A stretch of DNA of 64,000 nt, from contig JACIXD010000006.1 of NCBI GenBank assembly GCA_014360645.1, forward strand, positions 79,940-143,939. The letters are read 5' to 3'. Position numbers and translations under genes: made by a program. Of this stretch, positions 1 through 8,711 are shown piece after piece; within the stretch, counting starts at the first letter, position 1; the number at the start of each line of letters is the position of its first letter. Below the pieces are notes generated by a model. It was given only the letters and a program-made list of their open reading frames with translations, made no database searches and was not told the origin of the DNA. This stretch comes from Actinomycetota bacterium. GTDB lineage: Bacteria > Actinomycetota > Geothermincolia > Geothermincolales > RBG-13-55-18.

Positions 1-1
1 C

Positions 2-2053
2 GGCGCCATAAGCGCACACCCGGTTGCGGCCCGACTGCTTGGCATGGTAGAGGGCGCGGTCGGCCATGTCGATGAGCTCCTCCGCGTCGAAGGCGTCCTC
101 GGGAAGGTTGGCGACCCCCATGCTCACGGTGAGGTTCCCGCCCGGCTGGTCCTCCTCGAAGGGGAACACGTGGTCCTGGATGACGCGCCTGATGCGCTCG
201 GCCATGGCCATGGCCTCGTGTTTCTCCACCTCGGGGATGATCACCGAGAACTCCTCTCCCCCGTAGCGGAAGACGGAATCCACGTCCCTGGTGTTCTGCA
301 TGAGGAGGCCTGCCAGCAGCCGCAGCACCTCGTCCCCTCTCAGGTGGCCGTGCCGGTCGTTGTAGTTCTTGAAGTAATCGATGTCCAACATGATGAAGGA
401 GAGAGGGCGTTCGTAACGCAGAGAGCGCTTCACCTCCTCCCCCAGCACGCGCTTGAGATGGCGGATGTTGTAAAGCCCCGTCAGCTCGTCGGTTATGGCC
501 AGCCGAGATATCTCCTCGAAGAGCCGCGCGCTCTCCACCGCCATGCCGATCTGTTCCCCGATGGCCTTGGCCAGGGTCACGTCCTCATCGTCGAAGGCGT
601 CCCGGTAGCTGCTGGCCATGTGCAGGATGCCGTAGATCTTCTTGCCCGCGCGGATGGGAACGCAGAGGACGGAGCGCGTACGCGGGTCCACGGCCATGTT
701 GAAGCAGCGGGATTCGGTGGCGATATCTCCGCACTGGTAGGCCTCGTCGCGGTCCAGTACGTAGCATCCCCCGCTGCGCTTGAAGGGGTGGCTGAGGTGG
801 CGTTCCACGTATTCCGCGCTGAACCCGAAGCTGCGCACCGTCTCCATCAGCCCGGTGTCGAGATTGACGATGTTGATGAGGGCCTTTTCCGCGGCGAACA
901 GGCCCCGGATGACGTCAAGGGCCAGGTTGTAGAGTTGGTCGAGGCTGGAGACGGTGCTAATGGCATCCACCACCCGTATGAGGCTGGTGAGCTGGGCGAC
1001 CTTCTCCTCGCTGCGGCGGTAGAGGAGCGCGTTGTCGAGAAAGACCGATACGTGTGGGGAAAGGAGCTCCACCATCTCGAGGTCGCGCCGTCCGAAACCG
1101 CGGCGTCCGAGCTTGTTGGCGAGCACCAGGACCCCGATCCCCTTGCCCCGCGCGGCCAGCGGACAGGCCACGAGGTCGAATATCTCGTAGTCGGGGTGGA
1201 AGGGCGCCACCGCCATGTCCCTGGACTGACTGCGGGTGACGAGAATGGCCTTTCCCTGGCGGAAACAGTCGGTGAGCACACCGGGATCGTCCACCTTCAG
1301 GCGCAGCCTGCCCGCGGCCATGAAATCGAGGCCCAGCGAGGGCTGTTGCGCCTCCAGGGTCCCCGTCTTCTCGTTATAGAGAAACACCGTGGCCACCTCC
1401 GCGCGTGTGAGTTCCGCCAAGCGCTGGGTCATCTCCTTGAGCACGTTGTAGAGGGCGTGGCTCTTGCTTGAGCTCACGCTTATCTCGTAGAAGACCTTGA
1501 GCCTCCCCCGGTCCCTGATGAGGAGGTCGATGACGAAGAGGTTCATGGCGGTGGCGCCGATGAGATAGAGGTAACGGAAGGCCAAGGCCTGGGCGAGGTC
1601 ATAGCCCGCAGGGTGGCCGGAGTCGAGGGCCGCAACCACGCCGTAGAAGGCCGCGCTCAGCAGGAAGGCGTAAATGGCCCCGCGGTAACCGTCGTATATC
1701 CCCCCTATCAGTGGTGCGATACCCAGGAAGAGGAAGAGATAGCTCTCCACGCCCCCGCAGAAATGCAGCGCGGCGCAGAAGAAGGCGATGTCCACGGCCC
1801 CCGTGAAGGCGCGCATGGTCCCCTTGAGGCCCATGGTGCCGTACAGGAAGTAGGTGAAGGCGGCATAGAGGAGGTAGGCGGCGGCCAGGATGTACAGCGG
1901 AGAATATTCCACCTCCGCCCCCAGGTCCACGCCGAGACGGTCCAGGTGCACCAGTCCCAGGAGCATGAGCGTGAAGAGGACGCGGAAGGCGACCTCCCTG
2001 CCGCGGGGGTCAAGCCTTTCCTTTTCTCCCAGGATCCGGTAACCAGCCGCCAT
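2..2053 (-). CDS. Membrane-anchored sensor diguanylate cyclase (TM-GAF-GAF-GGDEF), 3' end outside window
   Basis: Manual translation (absent from the ORF track because the stop lies outside the window): ATG at 2053 after AGAGGAAG, hydrophobic N-terminus, two GAF-like segments, FRYGGEEF motif near 248-271 and C-terminal ADRALYHAKQSGRNRV. Confidence 0.9.
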   Translation of the reverse strand, partial: MAAGYRILGEKERLDPRGREVAFRVLFTLMLLGLVHLDRLGVDLGAEVEYSPLYILAAAYLLYAAFTYFLYGTMGLKGTMRAFTGAVDIAFFCAALHFCGGVESYLFLFLGIAPLIGGIYDGYRGAIYAFLLSAAFYGVVAALDSGHPAGYDLAQALAFRYLYLIGATAMNLFVIDLLIRDRGRLKVFYEISVSSSKSHALYNVLKEMTQRLAELTRAEVATVFLYNEKTGTLEAQQPSLGLDFMAAGRLRLKVDDPGVLTDCFRQGKAILVTRSQSRDMAVAPFHPDYEIFDLVACPLAARGKGIGVLVLANKLGRRGFGRRDLEMVELLSPHVSVFLDNALLYRRSEEKVAQLTSLIRVVDAISTVSSLDQLYNLALDVIRGLFAAEKALINIVNLDTGLMETVRSFGFSAEYVERHLSHPFKRSGGCYVLDRDEAYQCGDIATESRCFNMAVDPRTRSVLCVPIRAGKKIYGILHMASSYRDAFDDEDVTLAKAIGEQIGMAVESARLFEEISRLAITDELTGLYNIRHLKRVLGEEVKRSLRYERPLSFIMLDIDYFKNYNDRHGHLRGDEVLRLLAGLLMQNTRDVDSVFRYGGEEFSVIIPEVEKHEAMAMAERIRRVIQDHVFPFEEDQPGGNLTVSMGVANLPEDAFDAEELIDMADRALYHAKQSGRNRVCAYGA

Positions 2054-2135
2054 CCGCTTCCTCTTCAGCCCTTGAATTCCGTGCCCGGGTATCCGTGCTC
2101 CGCGTCCTTTAAAAGGTGTGGCTCTCGCACACGGA

Positions 2136-2243
2136 CGCATGCCCGTCCCCTTTCGCGGGTCTCCGCCATCCTCTTCCCGGACCTGCCGCCATCCGGATAC
2201 ATCGAAGCCGCATCCCCGTCCCCTTCCGCGGGTCTCCGCCATC
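2136..2243. repeat. 35-bp imperfect direct repeat x2 upstream of the GGDEF gene
   Basis: cgcatgcccgtcccctttcgcgggtctccgccatc (2136-2170) vs cgcatccccgtccccttccgcgggtctccgccatc (2209-2243), 2 mismatches. Confidence 0.85.
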
Positions 2244-2312
2244 AGGACCATATTAGCATCCGGCGAAGACGGACGTCCGCGCTCGGCGGATCCCCCGCCC
2301 CCTCTTTCCGCC

Positions 2313-3632
2313 TCATCCTTCCACGCTGCGCGTCGCGTCCCCCTCCGCCCCTCCTCCGCGCGACCTCCTGCCCCTCCGCATGCGGTCCGCGAAACGGTGC
2401 AGCATACTCTCCGGTATCTCGGCGACCACGCGGCAGCCCTCCTCCCCTTCCTTGATCTCCAGCACATTCCCCACGCGGTAGAGGAGGGCGAGACGGTCTC
2501 CTTCCGAGTACGGAAGGAGCAGGGTCACCACGCGCGAGGGCCGCAGCGCCTCCGCCATGCGCTCGCGCAGCTCCGCGAGCCCTACTCCGATGAGGGTGGA
2601 GACGAAGACCCCGTCCGGCACGGCGCGGGCGAGGTCCGCCCGGTCGGCGGCGTCCAGAAGGTCAGACTTGTTCAGGACCCTGATCGCCGGCAGGTCGCCC
2701 GCCCCGATCTCCTCCAGGACCTCCTCCACCGCCCGCATGCGTTCCTCCAGCCCGGGCGAGGCGGCGTCGATGACGTGCAGCAGCACGTCCGCCTCCGCCA
2801 CCTCCTCCAGGGTGGACTTGAAGGCCTCCACCAGCTGGTGAGGGAGGCGCCGGATGAAGCCGACGGTGTCGGTGATCACCGCGTGGCGGTTTCCGGGCAG
2901 CTCCAGGCGGCGCGTGACGGGGTCGAGGGTGGAGAAGAGCTGGTCCTCCACCGTCACCCCCGCCCCGGTAAGGGCGTTGAGGAGGGAGGACTTGCCGGCA
3001 TTGGTATAACCTACCAGGGCAAAGGTGGACGCGGAGCGTCTCTCGCGCCGCTTGCGCTTGAGCTTCCTGATGCGCGAGAGGTCCCTGAGCTCCCTGTCCA
3101 GGGTCTTGATGCGCGCGTTGATGCGCCGCCTGTCCACCTCCAGTTGCGTCTCGCCGGGACCCCTGGTGCCGATGCCTCCACCCAGCCTGCTCAGCTCGAC
3201 TCCCCTTCCCGCCAGGCGGGTGAGGGAATAGCGCAGTTGGGCCATCTCCACCTGTGCCTTACCCTCCTTGGAGCGGGCGTGGATGGCGAAGATGTCCAGG
3301 ATGAGGGCGGTGCGGTCAAGTACCTTGACCCCGAGGGCGTTTTCCAGGTTGCGCTGCTGGGAGGGGGTCAGTTCCTGGTCGAAGATCACCATATCCGCAT
3401 GGCCGGATGCCGACAGTTCACGCAGCTCCTGCAGCTTTCCCCTTCCCAGCAGGGTGGCGGGATCGGGTCTGTTCCGGGACTGGCGCACCGCTCCCACCAC
3501 CTCCGCGCCGGCGGTGAGAGCCAGGGAACGCAGCTCGCCCAGGCTCTCTTCCGCCTCCTCCTCAGAGGTCTCCCCCCAGCGCACGCCGACCAGAACGGCC
3601 CTTTCGGGGTCTTCCCTCTCCTTTCCGGGCAG
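2313..3632 (-). CDS. hflX: GTPase HflX
   Basis: GGIGTRGPGET, GYTNAGKS, DTVGF and NKSD motifs. Start extended to CTG 3632 to include ERAVLVGV (track start is GTG 3584). Confidence 0.93.
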   Translation of the reverse strand: MPGKEREDPERAVLVGVRWGETSEEEAEESLGELRSLALTAGAEVVGAVRQSRNRPDPATLLGRGKLQELRELSASGHADMVIFDQELTPSQQRNLENALGVKVLDRTALILDIFAIHARSKEGKAQVEMAQLRYSLTRLAGRGVELSRLGGGIGTRGPGETQLEVDRRRINARIKTLDRELRDLSRIRKLKRKRRERRSASTFALVGYTNAGKSSLLNALTGAGVTVEDQLFSTLDPVTRRLELPGNRHAVITDTVGFIRRLPHQLVEAFKSTLEEVAEADVLLHVIDAASPGLEERMRAVEEVLEEIGAGDLPAIRVLNKSDLLDAADRADLARAVPDGVFVSTLIGVGLAELRERMAEALRPSRVVTLLLPYSEGDRLALLYRVGNVLEIKEGEEGCRVVAEIPESMLHRFADRMRRGRRSRGGGAEGDATRSVEG

Positions 3633-3854
3633 TGACCTCAGCCCCCTTTCCCGCCTGCTGCCGCTTCCTCAGTCTCCCCGGGAACCGCACCCCCGCCGGA
3701 GGTGGGTGCGCCGGTCTCCATCGGAATATCCCTCCATGCCCCGAGGGCCGCCCGCACGCCGCTGCCTCGTCTTCCCCGCCTCCCCGGACCTCCCGCGGCT
3801 CGGGTCACGCCGTGCAGGCGCTACCGCCGCGCGACCGCGAGTCGCGGCTGCGGC

Positions 3855-5015
3855 TCAGGAGAACGCTCTCTTCATGCGCTCGATGCCCTCGCGGATAAGC
3901 CCGTCCGGCAGGGTGAGCGAGAAACGCACGTAACCTTCACCCCGACGCCCGTATGCGGAGCCGGGGGCCACCACCACCTCGGCCTTCTCCAGCAGCTCCC
4001 TCGCGAAGGCGGCGGAATCGTAGCCCTCCGGGACCTTCATCCACACGTACAGGGTGGCCCTAGGCGGGTCCACCTCCCAGCCCAAGGAACGCAGGCCCTC
4101 CACCAGCATGTCTCTCCTGCGCCGGTATATCTCGCGGTTGGCCTCCACGCAGTCCTGGGGTCCCTCAAGCGCCGATACCGCCGCGAGCTGTACGGCGTTG
4201 AAGACGCCGGAGTCGATGTTCTCCTTCACCGCGGCGAAGGCGGAGATGATGTCCCTGCCCCCCACCGCGAAGCCCACGCGCCAGCCGGTCATGTTGTAGG
4301 TCTTGGAGAGGGAGTGGAACTCCACCGCGAGCTCCTTCGCCCCATCTATCTCCAGCACAGAGGGCGCCACGTAGCCGTCGTAGGTGATCTCGGAATAGGC
4401 CAGGTCGTGGGCGATGACCACCTGGTGTCGGCGAGCGTAAAACACCAGCTCTTCCAGGAAGGCGTGGTCGGCCACGGCGGCGGTGGGGTTGTTGGGATAG
4501 TTGAGGAAGATGAGCTCCGCGCAGCGCCAGGTCTCCTCGGGGATGTCGCGCAGCCTGGGAAGAAATCCCTCCCCCTCCTCCAGGGGCACCTCCATGGGAA
4601 TTCCGCCGCAGAAGGTCACCGAGGTGCGGTAAACGGGGTAAGCCGGGTCGGGCACCAGGGCAAGATCGCCCGGATCGAGCAGGGCCAAGGGAAGGTGGGC
4701 GATGCCCTCCTTGGAGCCGATGAGGGCGAGCACTTCCCTCTCCGGGTCGAGGCCCACGCCGAAGCGGTTCCGGAACCACTCCGCCGCCGCCTCGCGGTAA
4801 CGCGCCATACCGCGGTATGAGGGGTAGCGGTGGTTCTCGGGGCGCGCCGCCTCCGCGCTCAGCCTTTCCACCACATGGGGAGGGGTGGGGAGGTCGGGGT
4901 CTCCCACCCCGAAGTTGATCACCTCCACTCCCCGCGATCGCTTCTCCTCGATTATCCGGTCGATCTCGGCGAACAGGTATGGCGGCAGTTCAGCGATGCG
5001 CCTGGCGACCTTCAC
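3855..5015 (-). CDS. dapL: LL-diaminopimelate aminotransferase
   Basis: PPYLFAEID, NYPNNPT, DLAY and SLSKTYNMTGWRVG class I PLP aminotransferase motifs; adjacent to dapF. Confidence 0.88.
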   Translation of the reverse strand: MKVARRIAELPPYLFAEIDRIIEEKRSRGVEVINFGVGDPDLPTPPHVVERLSAEAARPENHRYPSYRGMARYREAAAEWFRNRFGVGLDPEREVLALIGSKEGIAHLPLALLDPGDLALVPDPAYPVYRTSVTFCGGIPMEVPLEEGEGFLPRLRDIPEETWRCAELIFLNYPNNPTAAVADHAFLEELVFYARRHQVVIAHDLAYSEITYDGYVAPSVLEIDGAKELAVEFHSLSKTYNMTGWRVGFAVGGRDIISAFAAVKENIDSGVFNAVQLAAVSALEGPQDCVEANREIYRRRRDMLVEGLRSLGWEVDPPRATLYVWMKVPEGYDSAAFARELLEKAEVVVAPGSAYGRRGEGYVRFSLTLPDGLIREGIERMKRAFS

Positions 5016-5134
5016 CTCTCCTCCTTCACGCTTTCCGTCTGCGGTCCGTCCACCCCCGGTTGCGGCTTGCGGCTCACCCCCGGAGCGGCAGCTCCGAGAT
5101 GCGCCTGGCGACCTTCACCTCTCCTCCTTCACGC
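4982..5134. repeat. 50-bp direct repeat (period 103) duplicating the dapL SD and first codons
   Basis: 4982-5031 vs 5085-5134, 3 mismatches. Confidence 0.92.
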
Positions 5135-5149
5135 GTTCTCGTTTGCCCG

Positions 5150-6004
5150 TCACCGGTCCGTATAGAAGGAGGGAGAGAGCTCGCCCATGAAGACCTCCAC
5201 CGCCGGACCCCGCATGAGCAGGTGTCCGTGTTCGTCGGCGGATATGACCAGGTCTCCTCCGGGCAGGGTCACGCGCACGGGAAAGGAACTCCGGCCCAGG
5301 TTGACCGCCGAAACCGCCGCGGCGCAGGCGCCGGTCCCGCAAGCCCGCGTCTCCCCCACTCCCCGCTCCCAGACCCTCACCAGGAGTCGGTCGCCGCCGC
5401 GGGGCTCCATGAACTCCACGTTGGTGCGCCGCGGGAAGGCGGGATGTACCTCTATCTCCGGTCCCAGGGTGGCGACAGGAGCCTCCTCGATGTCCCCCAC
5501 CGGGATCACGCAGTGGGGGTTTCCCATGGACACGCAGAAGACCTCCAGCGAGGCGCCGTTCCCGAGCTCGAGGTTCACCATCCCCGGCCTGGAGGGATCG
5601 CCGTACGAAGGGAGGTCCGGGGATGCCAGGTCCGGCATGCCCATGTCCACCTCCACCTCCCGCACCATTCCCTCTTCCACCTCCAGGCGCAGGGACTTCA
5701 TCCCCGCAGCCGTCTCTATGAGCATCTCTTTCCTGGTGATGCCCGCACGCTCGTAGAGATACTTGGCGAGGCAGCGGATGCCGTTGCCGCACATCTCGGC
5801 CTCGCTCCCGTCGGCGTTGAAGATGCGCATGCGGGCGTCTCCCCCGGCTTCGGAGGGAGCGGTATGGATCACCCCGTCCGCGCCGATGCCCGTATGCCTC
5901 CTGCACCAGGCCTCCACCTCCCCCGCCGAGGGCACGGGGGTTCCCGTGAAGCCGTCCAGGATGACGAAGTCGTTCCCGGTGCCGTGATACTTGTAAAACC
6001 TCAT
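5150..6004 (-). CDS. dapF: Diaminopimelate epimerase
   Basis: KYHGTGNDF, EMCGNGIRC, GNPHC, ERGVGETRACGTGACA. Confidence 0.96.
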   Translation of the reverse strand: MRFYKYHGTGNDFVILDGFTGTPVPSAGEVEAWCRRHTGIGADGVIHTAPSEAGGDARMRIFNADGSEAEMCGNGIRCLAKYLYERAGITRKEMLIETAAGMKSLRLEVEEGMVREVEVDMGMPDLASPDLPSYGDPSRPGMVNLELGNGASLEVFCVSMGNPHCVIPVGDIEEAPVATLGPEIEVHPAFPRRTNVEFMEPRGGDRLLVRVWERGVGETRACGTGACAAAVSAVNLGRSSFPVRVTLPGGDLVISADEHGHLLMRGPAVEVFMGELSPSFYTDR

Positions 6005-6081
6005 GACCTCACCGCCGGTGTATACGACTCACCGCCTGCCGAGAGCACGCGGCGGCGGCGCCTGCACGTGCTCCGCGGCCC

Positions 6082-7044
6082 TCACCCGAGTCCGAGCTCT
6101 CTTGCCACGTGATCATGGATCCTGCGGGCCGCGGCGCTGTAGGAGCCGGGGCCCTCCTCCCCTTCCATCTCCATCCACAAGAGCCCCGGTACGCGCCTGA
6201 ACCAGGTCAGCTGGCGCTTGGCGTAATTGCGGGACCTCCGCTTGATTTCAGTGATAGTTTCCTCGAGGGGTATCCCCCTGTCAAGGTGACGGATGACCTC
6301 CCGGTACCCAAGGGCCTGGGCGGCGGTGCGCGACAGCCCTCCCCGGGAGAGCAGCCCGCGCACCTCCTCCACCAGGCCGGCCGCGAACATCTCCTCCACG
6401 CGGCGGTCGATACGTCGGTAAAGCTCCTCGCGCGGCAGCGTCAACACCACGCCCGCGTAGCGGTAGAGGGGCCTCTGCTGTCCCCTCTTCACCTGGAAGG
6501 AGGAAAACGGTCTGCCGGTGCGGCGGTAGACCTCCATGGCCCTGGCCACCCGCCGCAGGTTCTCCATCCCCTCGCCGCATGCGAAATCCGGGTCCACCTC
6601 CGCGAGACTGCGGCGCAGTCCCTCGGGATCCCTGCGCGCCCAGTCCTCGATGTCGCGCCGCAGCCGGTCATCGCGGCTGCCGGGCGGGAAGCGCAGGTCG
6701 AAGACCGCGGCCTCGAAGTAGAGCCCCGTCCCTCCCACCAGCAGAGGGAGTCTGCCTCGCGCCGCTGTATCTGCCATTATATCCCTGGCCTGCGCCTGGA
6801 AGAGGGCCACGGAGTATTCCTCCTGCGCCTCCACCACGTCGATCATGTGGTGGACGACGCGACGGCGCAGGCTTTCGTCCGGCTTTGCGGTCCCGATGTC
6901 CATGCCCCGGTAGACCTGCATGGAATCGACGGAGATGATCTCCAGCGGACATAGCGAAGCCAGCTCCACGGCGACCCTGCTCTTGCCCACCGCGGTGGGC
7001 CCCAGGATGGCCGCAACCCTTATCTCGCCGCCCGCTCCGGCCAT
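6082..7044 (-). CDS. miaA: tRNA dimethylallyltransferase
   Basis: GPTAVGKS, DSMQVYRGMDIGTAK, GGTGLY, YAKRQLTWF. Confidence 0.96.
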   Translation of the reverse strand: MAGAGGEIRVAAILGPTAVGKSRVAVELASLCPLEIISVDSMQVYRGMDIGTAKPDESLRRRVVHHMIDVVEAQEEYSVALFQAQARDIMADTAARGRLPLLVGGTGLYFEAAVFDLRFPPGSRDDRLRRDIEDWARRDPEGLRRSLAEVDPDFACGEGMENLRRVARAMEVYRRTGRPFSSFQVKRGQQRPLYRYAGVVLTLPREELYRRIDRRVEEMFAAGLVEEVRGLLSRGGLSRTAAQALGYREVIRHLDRGIPLEETITEIKRRSRNYAKRQLTWFRRVPGLLWMEMEGEEGPGSYSAAARRIHDHVARELGLG

Positions 7045-7053
7045 CTCGACCCG

Positions 7054-7593
7054 TCAGTGATGTCTGGTCACGGTGAAGCGGAAGAGCTGTACGGGCTCGT
7101 GCTCGGCGATGCCGGCCTTGGCGCGAGCGATCTCGAGCTGCTGCTCCACGCTGTCGACCCCTTCGAGGTCGGGCAGAAGAAGCCCTATCCTCCCTCCCCT
7201 CTTCACGATCACCCCGTAGCGCTTGGGGTCGAGATGGGAGGCGTCGGGGACCGGCTCGGGATCGCTGAGCACGTCCACGCTGATCTCCAGTTCCGGTATC
7301 TCCTCCGCGGTCACGGGCGGAAAGCGGGGGTCGCGCGTGGCGGCGCTGATGGCGTTGCTGATGATCTCCTCCGCGAGGTTATCGTAACAGGGCTGGAAGG
7401 TGCCGATGCAACCCCTCAGCTCTCCCCGCTTTTTCAGGCTCACGAAGGCGGCGGCCTTCTCCTCCAGCTCCCCGCCCAGGTTTCCGGACTCCGCAGCCCG
7501 CAGCCGCCTTCCCTCCCTCACCCAGGCCTCGATGGCGGCCCGCGCCAGCCTGACGTGGGGACTCTCCTCCTGCCGCGCCGCCTCGTCCTTCAC
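7054..7593 (-). CDS. amrA: AmmeMemoRadiSam system protein A (AMMECR1 domain)
   Basis: [27 protein letters not shown]; GTG start downstream of AGGAGG. Confidence 0.9.
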   Translation of the reverse strand: MKDEAARQEESPHVRLARAAIEAWVREGRRLRAAESGNLGGELEEKAAAFVSLKKRGELRGCIGTFQPCYDNLAEEIISNAISAATRDPRFPPVTAEEIPELEISVDVLSDPEPVPDASHLDPKRYGVIVKRGGRIGLLLPDLEGVDSVEQQLEIARAKAGIAEHEPVQLFRFTVTRHH

Positions 7594-7605
7594 GGGGAAC
7601 ACCTC

Positions 7606-8439
7606 CTAGCTCACACGCGTATGCAACGACACAAGATACCCTACCCCGAAGGGGCCTTCATAGGACAGAACCTCGTTAACCAGGTCGCCGTCCTTCAGGG
7701 CTCCCCAGAGAGCATGGATGGAGCGAAAGCCGCACTCCCCCGCCTCCTCCACCAGATCCTCGGGGATGTCTCGCAGGGAGTCGAAATCCCCGCCCGCGGC
7801 GATGTCCCGGATGCGGGAATCGAACTCCGCCCCCCGTGGACTGTATCCCGCCGGAGCTCCCCGCAAAAGGCGGTGCGAGAGATCGCCGCTGGCCACGAAC
7901 ACCGCCCTGCGACCCAGTTCCTCGCAAGCCCTGGCCGCCGCGCGCCCGAGCTGGAAATGGTCCTGGTAGGACAGGCCGGAGATGGAAAGAGATACCACGG
8001 GGGTCTCGAAGGCCTGGTCCAGGTAGTAAAGGGGAACCAGGAGGCCGTGATCGAGTTCCTCTCCCCCCTCCAGCCAGCGGGACGGCCGCGCTGAGACCGG
8101 TGCCAGCGGCAGCCCCTCCTCTCCGGCCACGCGCAACAGGGCCTCCACCAGCTCCAGGTCGTTGCGCTTGGAGATGCGCACCCCCGGCTGGCCGAAGGCG
8201 GCGAAACTGCCGGTCAGTTCGGGGGAGCCCTTGACGGTGAAGGAGTCGCGGTACATGGGGGTATGGGGGGAGATCATCACCAGCACCCTGGGCGCGAGTT
8301 CCGCCAACCTACGCGCGAGGGCCTCCATGGCTCGTCGGGTGGAACGCACCTTTTCGAGGTCTCGCCCGCCGATGGCCGGTACGAGCAGCGGCGGATGGGG
8401 CACGATGCAGCCTGCCGCCATCCCTTCCTTCCTGGTCAT
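7606..8439 (-). CDS. amrB: AmmeMemoRadiSam system protein B (Memo/LigB-like dioxygenase fold)
   Basis: PHPP, SPH, LDHG, ASGDLSH, ECG, YEGPFGVGY motifs; adjacent to the AMMECR1 gene. Confidence 0.82.
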   Translation of the reverse strand: MTRKEGMAAGCIVPHPPLLVPAIGGRDLEKVRSTRRAMEALARRLAELAPRVLVMISPHTPMYRDSFTVKGSPELTGSFAAFGQPGVRISKRNDLELVEALLRVAGEEGLPLAPVSARPSRWLEGGEELDHGLLVPLYYLDQAFETPVVSLSISGLSYQDHFQLGRAAARACEELGRRAVFVASGDLSHRLLRGAPAGYSPRGAEFDSRIRDIAAGGDFDSLRDIPEDLVEEAGECGFRSIHALWGALKDGDLVNEVLSYEGPFGVGYLVSLHTRVS

Positions 8440-8711
8440 GCCGTCACCCCCGCCTTTCTATATCCCGCGCCCCCGCTCATGAGGCTCCTTCCTCCTTCAC
8501 TTAGCCGTTCCTTCGACTCATTTCCGTGAGTTCGCCTCCAGGCCTCGGCCCGGAGGCCGCAGGGGCTTTCGTTCCCGACTCCGTGTATAGCATACCCAGG
8601 TACGCTGGGCGGAAAACGTGCACGCGATCCCCGGCGGTTCAGCCCGTCACCTCCCGGCCGAAGCAGCGTTTGTGAACGGCATAGGGGGCATGAAACACGC
8701 ATGGCGGCATT

